The notes under the pieces are model-generated. The model was not told where the DNA came from. It worked only from the letters and a program-made list of their open reading frames with translations, and made no database searches. From contig CAZEBC010000145.1 in assembly GCA_964510165.1 (NCBI GenBank), positions 1-10,390 of the forward strand: a stretch of DNA of 10,390 nt, given 5' to 3'. The position numbers and the translations under genes are program-made. This DNA is from an uncultured bacterium. Lineage in GTDB: Bacteria > Abyssobacteria > SURF-5. Below, in pieces: positions 1-7,208 of the stretch; position 1 is the first letter of the stretch, and the number at the start of each line of letters is the position of its first letter.

Positions 1-1460
1 TGGCACGCAACAATCCAGTCGAACCTCGCGCGCATGACACACTGAAAGCGGCGGCAAGCTCCGTGCTGCCCGGCCTGTGTGTCCTCGCCGTTTATGTGCA
101 TTTCCTCGCGCCGGACGTAATGGGCGGCGACAGCACCGACCTCGCGGGACAGGCCTACCGGCTCGGAGTCTGTCACGCCACCGGATATCCCGTCACCGTG
201 CTCGCCGGGAATCTCTTCGCGCGCCTGCCAATCGGCGACATCGCGTATCGGATGAATCTGTTCTCTGCCGTGAGCGGGGCACTCGCCGTGGCGCTCATTG
301 CGTTTCTGATCAACTCTCTCACTGATGACTGCCTTATCGCGGGCCTGAGCGGCATCGTGCTGGGCCTGTCGGGTGTGTTCTGGTCGCAGGCCGAGTTTGC
401 TGAAGTGTACGCATTTGGGGCGCTGTTCACGGCCATTTCGTTTCTGCTCTTCCATCTCATGAGGAGGCACGTCCGCTATTTCTATCCGGCCATGCTCGTA
501 TTCGGATTGAGCTGGACGACGCACATGGTCAACTCGCTTCACCTTCCCGCTGTGCTGTGGCTCCTGTATGCCGGAAGGAAATCTCTCTCGCGCGTCGCGG
601 TACTCGGCGGCTTTCTCCTCTTTCTAGTGGGATTCACTCCCTATATCTGGATGATGCAACGCGCCACCGTTGCGCCGCCTTTCCACGCATTCAACCCTCC
701 CACCACATTTGGGCGAGTGCTCCCGTTTGTCCTGGGACTGGCGCATGGCCCCGTCGGATTCCGAAGCGCTGGCCCCCTGCTTGAAAAGGCGGCATGGGTC
801 TCCAAGGTGTATCTCTTGAGCTTTCTGGGGGTGGGCCTGATCCCGGCGGCCATCGGGCTTGTCGCTCTCATTCGCAAGGATAGGGAATGGGGCGTCTTCA
901 CGCTCCTGGTTGCGATTTTCAATGTCGCATTTGTGATCGAATACCATTTCTACCTTGATGTGTACGCGTTTCTATTTCCCACCTTTATTGTGACGGCGAT
1001 GTGGTTCGGTGCCGGCCTGAAGAAGTTGAGCGGCTGGCTCGGTCCCCGGGGACGGATCATCGAATGCTCTTTGAGCCTGATGCTCATCGCGGCGCAACTC
1101 TCTTTGTTCCCTTCAGAGAAATTCCTGGATAAGATGCGCGCACATGTTCACGGCTTTCCCTCGGTCGACCTCAGAGATGCGCGGCAATGGAGGGAGTTCA
1201 TCAATCATGCAGTCCAGAATCTGGAACGCGATGCCTTGGTCGTCGCGCCATGGCATCAGTTCACCTTGCTGAAATACGCGCAGACGGTCGAGGGCGCCCG
1301 GCCCGACCTGATCGTCATACTCCATAAACACACCCGGCTCGGAGACCTTCTCTCGCCCGAGTCCGACCCGGAAATCTTGAGACGGCTCTCCACGCCCGGC
1401 AAGGCCTATTTCGTGGATGCCCGCGGCATCATGCCGTTCGGAGACGACTCCGAACGCTGA
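1..1460 (+). CDS. DUF2723/TMEM260-like GT-C fold membrane glycosyltransferase (putative protein O-mannosyltransferase family); start codon probably cut at the window edge
   Basis: N-terminal motif GDSTDL...LGVCHATGYP...RMNLFSA...FWSQAEFAEVY matches the DUF2723 pattern (GDSGE...HPPGYP...WSQA..AEVY), followed by many hydrophobic helices. The frame stays open upstream of the GTG at 63 (ARNNPVEPRAHDTLKAAASSV from position 3), and bases 1-2 'tg' may be the last two bases of an NTG start. Confidence 0.85.
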   Translation, partial: ARNNPVEPRAHDTLKAAASSVLPGLCVLAVYVHFLAPDVMGGDSTDLAGQAYRLGVCHATGYPVTVLAGNLFARLPIGDIAYRMNLFSAVSGALAVALIAFLINSLTDDCLIAGLSGIVLGLSGVFWSQAEFAEVYAFGALFTAISFLLFHLMRRHVRYFYPAMLVFGLSWTTHMVNSLHLPAVLWLLYAGRKSLSRVAVLGGFLLFLVGFTPYIWMMQRATVAPPFHAFNPPTTFGRVLPFVLGLAHGPVGFRSAGPLLEKAAWVSKVYLLSFLGVGLIPAAIGLVALIRKDREWGVFTLLVAIFNVAFVIEYHFYLDVYAFLFPTFIVTAMWFGAGLKKLSGWLGPRGRIIECSLSLMLIAAQLSLFPSEKFLDKMRAHVHGFPSVDLRDARQWREFINHAVQNLERDALVVAPWHQFTLLKYAQTVEGARPDLIVILHKHTRLGDLLSPESDPEILRRLSTPGKAYFVDARGIMPFGDDSER

Positions 1461-1483
1461 GCGCGGACTGTCTGCATGGCATA

Positions 1484-1531
1484 TGTCACCCTGAGCAAAG
1501 CGAAGAATCTCTGCTTTCGAAGCCGCAGAGA
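1484..1531. repeat. REP-like half element plus hairpin between convergent genes; possible bidirectional terminator
   Basis: TGTCACCCTGAGCAAAGCGAAGAATCTC (1484-1511) resembles GTCAT.CTGAGC..AGCGAAG.ATCT-type intergenic repeats. Hairpin TCTCTGC(1508-1514)/GCAGAGA(1525-1531); no U-tract. Confidence 0.45.
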
Positions 1532-1551
1532 GGATGTGCGCTTCCGGCGCT

Positions 1552-2931
1552 TCACACTCCCAGAAGCAGCTTGGCGGTCGTGAAATAGATGAGCATGCCG
1601 GTGATGTCCACCGACGTTTGCAGCGCGGGACTTGCGACCACGGCGGGGTCTATCTTCAATTTGGAGGCAAAGAGAGGGAGGAGCGCGCCAATCAGCGTCG
1701 CTGAGATGACTTGCAGACCGAGCGCCAGCGCGACAACTGTGCTCACTCTGCCCAGCGAGAATCCGCCTGTCGTCTCGATGCTCGGCGTAAACAGAACCAC
1801 CCGTACGAGCGAGACGACGACCAGAATGAGGCTTAGCATGATGCTGACCCAAAGCTCCTTCCAGATCACCCGGAATACATCGGCAGCCTTGATTTGCCTG
1901 AGCGCGAGCGCGCGGACGACGACCGTCGCCGCCTGCGAGCCGGTATTCCCGCCCGTTCCGATCAGCATGGGAAGGTAAAACGCCAGCACGAAGACAGTGG
2001 TCAGAGTGTCCTCGAACATCTCCAGGATGGCCCCCGAGATCAGGCCCATCATTGCCAGCGTGACCACCCACACCGCCCGTCTCCGGAAATGGACTACTGC
2101 GGGAATGGACAGATAATCCTCCTCCTGGACAGAGCCTGTCAAGCCCATGAACTTCTCCATGTCCTCGGTCTGTTCTTCCCGCAGAATGTCGAATGCGTCG
2201 TCGTGAGTGACGATGCCCACCAGTGAGCCGCCGCCGTTGACGACCGGGATCGCCAGCAAGTCGTATTTCCCGATTTTGCGCGCCACATCTTCCTGGTCTT
2301 CATCAATCCGCGCCGAGATGACGTCGGGATGCATGATGTCGCCGACCTTTCGCTGGGAGCGCGCGAGCATAAGGTCCTTGAGTGAGATGAAGCCCACAAG
2401 CTTGCGTTTGTCGTCCACCACGTAGGCATAATAAATGGTTTCCTTGTCCGGCGCCTCCAGCCTCAGTTTCCTGATCGCATCCTCCACCGTCAGATCGGGC
2501 GAGAGCGCCGCGTAATCCGAGGTCATCACGGCGCCCGCCGTCCCCTCGGGGTAGGAGGCCAGCTTGCGGATGTCCTCGCGCTCGGCCTGCGCAATTGCCG
2601 GCATCAATATCTGTATCTCTTCCTCCGGCATTTTCTTGATGAGGTCGACCCGTTCGTCGTGCGACATGTTCGAGACAAGCTCGGCCAGTTCGGAGCGGGC
2701 CATTGATGACGCGACGCCGAGCTGAATATCCGTGTCCAGGTAGCTGAATATCTGGGCGCGCGTCCTGGGATCGGCAAAGGAGAGCACCCTCTGGATTTCG
2801 TCGTTTGTGAGGCCGCTCAGAAACTCGGCAATCGAGGCGGGGTGGGTGGATTCGCAGAACTCGCGCAGGTTCTGGACGTCGCCCTCGGCGAGAAATTCCC
2901 GCAACTCGGGAACCAGCAAAATGTTTTTCAT
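1552..2931 (-). CDS. mgtE: Magnesium transporter MgtE
   Basis: MgtE N-domain, tandem CBS domains (YPEGTAGAVMT...YYAYVVD...KYDLLAIPVV), TM domain with GGNTGSQ, IDPAVVASP and TSVD pore motifs. SD GGAGGT just upstream of the ATG. Confidence 0.97.
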   Translation of the reverse strand: MKNILLVPELREFLAEGDVQNLREFCESTHPASIAEFLSGLTNDEIQRVLSFADPRTRAQIFSYLDTDIQLGVASSMARSELAELVSNMSHDERVDLIKKMPEEEIQILMPAIAQAEREDIRKLASYPEGTAGAVMTSDYAALSPDLTVEDAIRKLRLEAPDKETIYYAYVVDDKRKLVGFISLKDLMLARSQRKVGDIMHPDVISARIDEDQEDVARKIGKYDLLAIPVVNGGGSLVGIVTHDDAFDILREEQTEDMEKFMGLTGSVQEEDYLSIPAVVHFRRRAVWVVTLAMMGLISGAILEMFEDTLTTVFVLAFYLPMLIGTGGNTGSQAATVVVRALALRQIKAADVFRVIWKELWVSIMLSLILVVVSLVRVVLFTPSIETTGGFSLGRVSTVVALALGLQVISATLIGALLPLFASKLKIDPAVVASPALQTSVDITGMLIYFTTAKLLLGV

Positions 2932-2937
2932 CAGTCA

Positions 2938-2971
2938 CCTCCGGCAGAACCACCGTCATGGCGGCCGGAGG
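2938..2971 (-). promoter_or_regulatory. Hairpin sequestering the mgtE Shine-Dalgarno
   Basis: On the mRNA, CCUCCGGC (2971-2964) pairs perfectly with GCCGGAGG (2945-2938), which contains the SD. Inner stem CGCC-AUGAC-GGUG. Confidence 0.7.
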
Positions 2972-2981
2972 GCAGGCGGGG

Positions 2982-3110
2982 TTACAGGGCTCTTCCAGCC
3001 CCAGCGCTCCGCAGGTGGGCCACCGTGACGGGAACCGGCGTAAATTGTCGCGCCCCTATGCGAGGCTGCTTCGCTTCTGAATACCGCGTACTACTGCCAG
3101 CTTCTTCCAT
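2982..3110 (-). CDS. Putative mgtE leader peptide (42 aa: MEEAGSSTRYSEAKQPRIGARQFTPVPVTVAHLRSAGAGRAL)
   Basis: ATG 3110 to TAA 2982 lies entirely inside the mgtE 5' UTR and stops 10 nt before the anti-SD arm. The SD is weak and translation is not demonstrated. Confidence 0.4.
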   Translation of the reverse strand: MEEAGSSTRYSEAKQPRIGARQFTPVPVTVAHLRSAGAGRAL

Positions 3111-3161
3111 CGCTTACACCGTTGCCAGTGAACAGACATCTTACGTTACAACATCTTCGTA

Positions 3162-3190
3162 ATTATAATAAATTATCCACAACCCGTCAA
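3162..3190 (-). promoter_or_regulatory. Sigma70-type promoter for mgtE
   Basis: TTGACG (3190-3185), 17 bp spacer, TATAAT (3167-3162) in an AT-rich patch. Implies a leader of about 225 nt. Confidence 0.8.
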
Positions 3191-3233
3191 GGAACAAATT
3201 AACGGCCAACATTGGCCCAATCATCGTACCCGC

Positions 3234-3262
3234 TTGTGCTGGCGACGCACATCGAATATACT
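3234..3262 (+). promoter_or_regulatory. Sigma70-type promoter for the metallohydrolase gene (near-leaderless)
   Basis: TTGTGC (3234-3239), 17 bp spacer, TATACT (3257-3262), ending 8 nt before ATG 3271. No SD present. Confidence 0.5.
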
Positions 3263-3270
3263 GTGAACCA

Positions 3271-5181
3271 ATGAAACACTTCTTTGCAGCGATTCTTCTG
3301 TGCATGATCTGGTGCTCATGCGAACCTCGCAATAACCCTCCCGCCGACCGGCAGGCCGGGACTGACGGCGAATGGTCTCCAACGATTGTTCCGTTCCTGG
3401 AGAACGTTCCTTCTTCCGTTGACGGACAAGGAACGGCACGTCTCAGGCGGCTTGATTCACCGGAGCCTCCGGTCGCCGGCTCAATCGCAAGCTTTGAGAT
3501 CGCTTACACCGTCGGCGAGCGCGGCATCGAACCGCGCGGTTTCGTGATGCTCCAGGCGCCGCCATGGTGGGGGTGGAGCGCTCCTCAGACGCTTTATCCC
3601 GAAGGGCCGGGTTACACTACCGTAACCGCCTCGTCTTCCGCGCCCATTCGCGTTCAAACGCTCCCGCTCAATCGGGTGCTCGTGTTCTGCGAACAACGCC
3701 GGCTTGAACCAAGGGAACAGATCGTCTTCAAATACGCCAATGCGCGTGTGGACACCTTCGCGGAAACCGAGGAACTATTCCAGATATTCGTGGACGGCGA
3801 CGGAGATGGCCATTCGGCGTGCATCTCAAACCCGCCCGCGCTCGCGATACTTCCCGCCAACACGGCCCGCATCAGTTTGAATTCCCCTTCCCAATGCGTC
3901 CCCGGCGAACCGGTCACGCTTCAGGCAGCCGCCCTCGACCCGGTCGGAAATTGGACATCGTTTCCGCCAGGCGTTTATACGCTGACCGCCACGTGCGACG
4001 GCGCGCCAGCGGGCAGTTCAACCCTCGAGGCAAAGGGCGGCGAGAAGATTCTCACTCTCCTCTACAATCCCGGAAAGGAAGGCGTCTACTTTTTCAAAGT
4101 CACGGGGCCGGGCGAACTACAAGGCGCCAGCAATGTGACGCTGTGCCAATCGGGCACACCGACCCTCAACCTCTATTTCGGCGACATTCACGGCCACTCG
4201 CGCATGTCGGACGGTACCGGCGCCCCGGAGGATTACTACCGCTACGCGCGCGATGTCTCGGGCCTCGACCTGGCCGCCTTGACCGATCACGCCGACTACG
4301 GGACCATCCACATAAAGGATGGAGTATGGGAGCGAATCAAGCGAGCGGCAAACGACTCCTACGAACCGGGCAGGTTCGTCACGTTCTTGGGCTTCGAGTG
4401 GACCAACTGGAAATTCGGACATAGGAACGTATACTATCGCGACGGTGACGGCCCGGTCTTTCGCTCCGTCGACCCGGGCAGTTCCACCCCGCAGCGATTG
4501 TGGGGCCTGCTGGCTCCCTATGAGGCCATGACTGTCGCCCATCACGTGGGCGGCGGCCCGATAGCCACCGATTGGACCGTTCCGCCGGGCCCGAAAGAAT
4601 ATCTGGTCGAGATATGCTCCATTCACGGAGCGTCCGAATACTTCGGCGGCGAATCGGCCATCTACAACCCCACGCAAGGCGCCTTCGTGAGAGACGCGCT
4701 CACGCGCGGATACAAGCTCGGCATAATCGCGTCGGGTGACACGCACGACGGGCATCCCGGCCAGCGCAGCGTCGGCGCCGTCGTTAACGGGCTCGTTGGC
4801 GTCTATGCCCCCGCCCTCACGCGCGAGGCCGTATGGGAGGCGTTTAAACGAAGGCAGGTCTATGGAACCAGCGGCCCAAAAATCATCCTGAATTTCCGCG
4901 TGGGCGACTCTCCCATGGGCTCGGAGGTCGCATGGAACCCATCCAAGGGGCCGCTCCCTCTCGCAGTCAGGGCCGTGGGCTGCGATGACATTGCCTCGGT
5001 CGAGATAATCCGCAACGGCCAAACCGCGTTCGCGCAAAAGGGTGAGGGCGTATTCGCACAATTGCTCCTTGAGGACACAAACGTGCTCCCCGGCGTCTCC
5101 TGGTACTATGCCCGCGTCATTCAACAGGACGGCCAGATGGCATGGTCAAGCCCCGTCTGGGTATCCACGACGAAACAGTAG
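3271..5181 (+). CDS. Exported PHP-fold metallohydrolase (CehA/McbA-like, DUF3604-type), probable lipoprotein
   Basis: PHP metal-binding motifs FGDIHGHSRMSDG, ALTDH, GFEWT, GHRNV, SGDTHDGHPG; YGTSG and C-terminal YYARV...AWSSPVWV tail. Signal peptide MKHFFAAILLCMIWCSC with an imperfect lipobox at Cys17. Confidence 0.85.
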   Translation: MKHFFAAILLCMIWCSCEPRNNPPADRQAGTDGEWSPTIVPFLENVPSSVDGQGTARLRRLDSPEPPVAGSIASFEIAYTVGERGIEPRGFVMLQAPPWWGWSAPQTLYPEGPGYTTVTASSSAPIRVQTLPLNRVLVFCEQRRLEPREQIVFKYANARVDTFAETEELFQIFVDGDGDGHSACISNPPALAILPANTARISLNSPSQCVPGEPVTLQAAALDPVGNWTSFPPGVYTLTATCDGAPAGSSTLEAKGGEKILTLLYNPGKEGVYFFKVTGPGELQGASNVTLCQSGTPTLNLYFGDIHGHSRMSDGTGAPEDYYRYARDVSGLDLAALTDHADYGTIHIKDGVWERIKRAANDSYEPGRFVTFLGFEWTNWKFGHRNVYYRDGDGPVFRSVDPGSSTPQRLWGLLAPYEAMTVAHHVGGGPIATDWTVPPGPKEYLVEICSIHGASEYFGGESAIYNPTQGAFVRDALTRGYKLGIIASGDTHDGHPGQRSVGAVVNGLVGVYAPALTREAVWEAFKRRQVYGTSGPKIILNFRVGDSPMGSEVAWNPSKGPLPLAVRAVGCDDIASVEIIRNGQTAFAQKGEGVFAQLLLEDTNVLPGVSWYYARVIQQDGQMAWSSPVWVSTTKQ

Positions 5182-5193
5182 CGACAACAGAGG

Positions 5194-5238
5194 CCCCTCA
5201 CCCTGCCCTCTCCCGGCAGGAGTGGGTTGGGGTGAGGG
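5194..5238. repeat. REP-like imperfect palindrome, copy 1
   Basis: CCCTCACCCTGCCCTCTCC...GGAGTGGGTTGGGGTGAGGG long hairpin just after the stop at 5181. A related copy lies inverted at 9037-9082. Confidence 0.75.
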
Positions 5239-5354
5239 AGAAGAAACGGGACAGAAACTCACGAATTAAGGCGAGTCGTACACAGGCGATGTGGTGGGTG
5301 CGAATTTACTCCCGCAATGACATATGGTGGTGGGATGAACTCGACGGACGAACT

Positions 5355-6977
5355 TCAGCGAATGTGGCTTGTGGTCTGCTGCCTGGGTTGAGGCCATGCA
5401 TCGGGTGTGTCACAGGCACGCGACTGACTGCGACTCGCGGCGTCAGTGGCAAATATCCATCTCCTCAAGTTATCGCGCTCGATCTTGCTCAGATTGACAA
5501 AGTCGATCCCTGCCTGAAACGCGGGTACGCCCTCAGCATCGCTCTTGGATATCCACACCACTCTCCCCTTCTTCTCGCCCAGTCCCAGTTCGTTGAACAG
5601 CTTCGACCTGAAGCTCACTGTCTCGCCGGTTTTCAGCGCCACATTCGTTGATATCCTCATGCCGCCCTCGCTAATATCGAGGATTTCGCTGTCAATGCGG
5701 ACCGTGATCTTCCCGGACACCGCCTTGCGGAAGAAGCGCCTGCTTTCAATAGATCTCTGCTCCCCCACGAGGGCGCCCTCGAGCTTCGAGACCAGGACCG
5801 ATGGGTCGAACGCCTCGGCGATGATGTCATTTATGCCGCTGCGGAACGCCGCCTCCACGTCCTCGCGAGAGATTCCGTGACTCAGCAGTATCAGCTTCAC
5901 TCCGCCGTTCTTCTTTGACTCCCGTATCTTCTGCGCCAGTCGCAGGATTCCGAACCTGTTTGGCTCGTGACCCAAAAGCACCATTCTCACGTCCTCTCGC
6001 GACAGCCTCTGCAATAGCTCGGCGGCGCTGGTCACACACACGAGGCGATGCTCCACGTTCTTCAACGCCGACTCGACCGCCCCCTGGAGCGATTTGCGCG
6101 AAATATGACAAAGTATGAGAGGAACCGCGCCCGTTTCGGCGGACGCGCCGGCGTGAGCCTGCTCGCTCCACAACTCGAGGTCCCTCTTGAGCGTCGCCGC
6201 GTCCGGGTATCTCTGCTCCGGTGACTTGGCCAGCATCTTTCGGGCAATCATCAGGAGTTTCGGGGGCCACTGTGTCGGCACGAATTTGGGCAACTCCATC
6301 AGGTGGCCCTTTATCACTGCCGCCGGAAAATCATCGCAAAACGGCGGTTTTCCCGTTATCATCTCATACAGGATAATTCCAAGCGAATAGATATCCGTCC
6401 GATTATCTATCGCGCCTTCTCCACATTGCTCCGGCGACATGTACGCTGGAGTCCCCACGAGCGTCATCGTATTCTCGGTTTCGATTGAGATCACCTTGGA
6501 AATGCCAAAATCCGCCACCACAACCCGGCCGCCCCGCTCCACCAGAAGATTGCTTGGCTTCAGGTCCCGGTGAATGACCCCTCGCTCGTGGGCATACTGT
6601 ATGGCGTCGCATACCTGGAGGAGGTAATCGACCGCCTGGCGCGGCTCTATCGCCCCGCGCTCCTCCAATATGCGGGACAGCGGGATGCCGTCAACATACT
6701 CCATCGCAATGAATGCCAGACCATCTTCCTGACCGGTCTTCAATACTCCGACGATGTTTGGATGCTGCAGCATCTTCATCGAGCGGGCTTCCCGGTTGAA
6801 GTTCCTGACGAATCTCATATCCTGATACCGGCTCGGATGCGGAATCTTCAGCGCAACATCGCCGCCGTCTTCATCGCAGGCACGATATACGTTGGCCATC
6901 GCTCCATGGCCAATGAGCTCCACGATGCAGTAATTGCCGACTTTCTCGCCTATCAGATCGGCTTCTTTGAGTGACAC
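5355..6977 (-). CDS. Hanks-type Ser/Thr protein kinase with pseudo-receiver and C-terminal PilZ domain
   Basis: Kinase aa ~16-270 (IGHGAMANVY, VALK, REA, HRDLKPSN, DFG, GTPAYMSPE, DIYSLG). REC-like fold aa ~286-403. PilZ aa ~411-508 (RRFFR, DISEGG, GRVVW, AGIDF). GTG start with SD GGAGG; no TM segment. Confidence 0.9.
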   Translation of the reverse strand: MSLKEADLIGEKVGNYCIVELIGHGAMANVYRACDEDGGDVALKIPHPSRYQDMRFVRNFNREARSMKMLQHPNIVGVLKTGQEDGLAFIAMEYVDGIPLSRILEERGAIEPRQAVDYLLQVCDAIQYAHERGVIHRDLKPSNLLVERGGRVVVADFGISKVISIETENTMTLVGTPAYMSPEQCGEGAIDNRTDIYSLGIILYEMITGKPPFCDDFPAAVIKGHLMELPKFVPTQWPPKLLMIARKMLAKSPEQRYPDAATLKRDLELWSEQAHAGASAETGAVPLILCHISRKSLQGAVESALKNVEHRLVCVTSAAELLQRLSREDVRMVLLGHEPNRFGILRLAQKIRESKKNGGVKLILLSHGISREDVEAAFRSGINDIIAEAFDPSVLVSKLEGALVGEQRSIESRRFFRKAVSGKITVRIDSEILDISEGGMRISTNVALKTGETVSFRSKLFNELGLGEKKGRVVWISKSDAEGVPAFQAGIDFVNLSKIERDNLRRWIFATDAASRSQSRACDTPDAWPQPRQQTTSHIR

Positions 6978-7024
6978 CTCTTCCTCCCCTCAAGGCACAA
7001 GGGAATTGCCTTTTCCAATTGATG

Positions 7025-7040
7025 AGCAAACTTCATACCA
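7025..7040 (-). promoter_or_regulatory. Sigma54 (-24/-12) promoter of the kinase gene
   Basis: Minus strand reads TGGTAT-GAAGT-TTGCT, matching TGGCAC-N5-TTGCW with exact GG-N10-GC spacing, about 48 nt upstream of the GTG. Confidence 0.7.
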
Positions 7041-7124
7041 AAGCGTCTCGCAGACCGCTGACTTTGTTACTCTATATCCAGCAATCGTTTAGGCGAAAGG
7101 ACCCACCGACCGCGAATGTCTCTT

Positions 7125-7141
7125 GTGACATAAAATGTCAC
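7125..7141. promoter_or_regulatory. Perfect palindrome, candidate enhancer-binding protein site (UAS)
   Basis: GTGACAT-AAA-ATGTCAC, about 110-127 bp upstream of the predicted sigma54 start site. Confidence 0.55.
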
Positions 7142-7208
7142 TCTCCTGCTCATTTGAACATCTGGAGCACAACCCACGGCGGGGAACGCACTATCCGGAC
7201 TGCAGGCC

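Noticed and set aside
2932-3160. M-box (ykoK) riboswitch upstream of mgtE
   Set aside because: The conserved M-box blocks (GGUGAGGCU, GCUGCCC, GACGCCAAUGGGU) and a terminator are absent.
3161-3200. Replication origin
   Set aside because: Only one clear DnaA box, no box cluster and no dnaA context; the AT-rich patch is explained by promoters.
4117-5124. 335-aa antisense ORF, and other shadow ORFs such as 1406-2071, 2303-2959, 3819-4424 and 7512-8048
   Set aside because: They overlap well-supported genes, have no recognisable motifs, and are expected in GC-rich DNA.
5289-5339. Direct repeat TGGTGGG in the intergenic gap
   Set aside because: Too short and only two copies, in a convergent region without promoters.
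5142-5651. 169-aa plus-strand ORF
   Set aside because: It runs through a palindromic repeat and antisense to the PilZ domain, with no coding signature.
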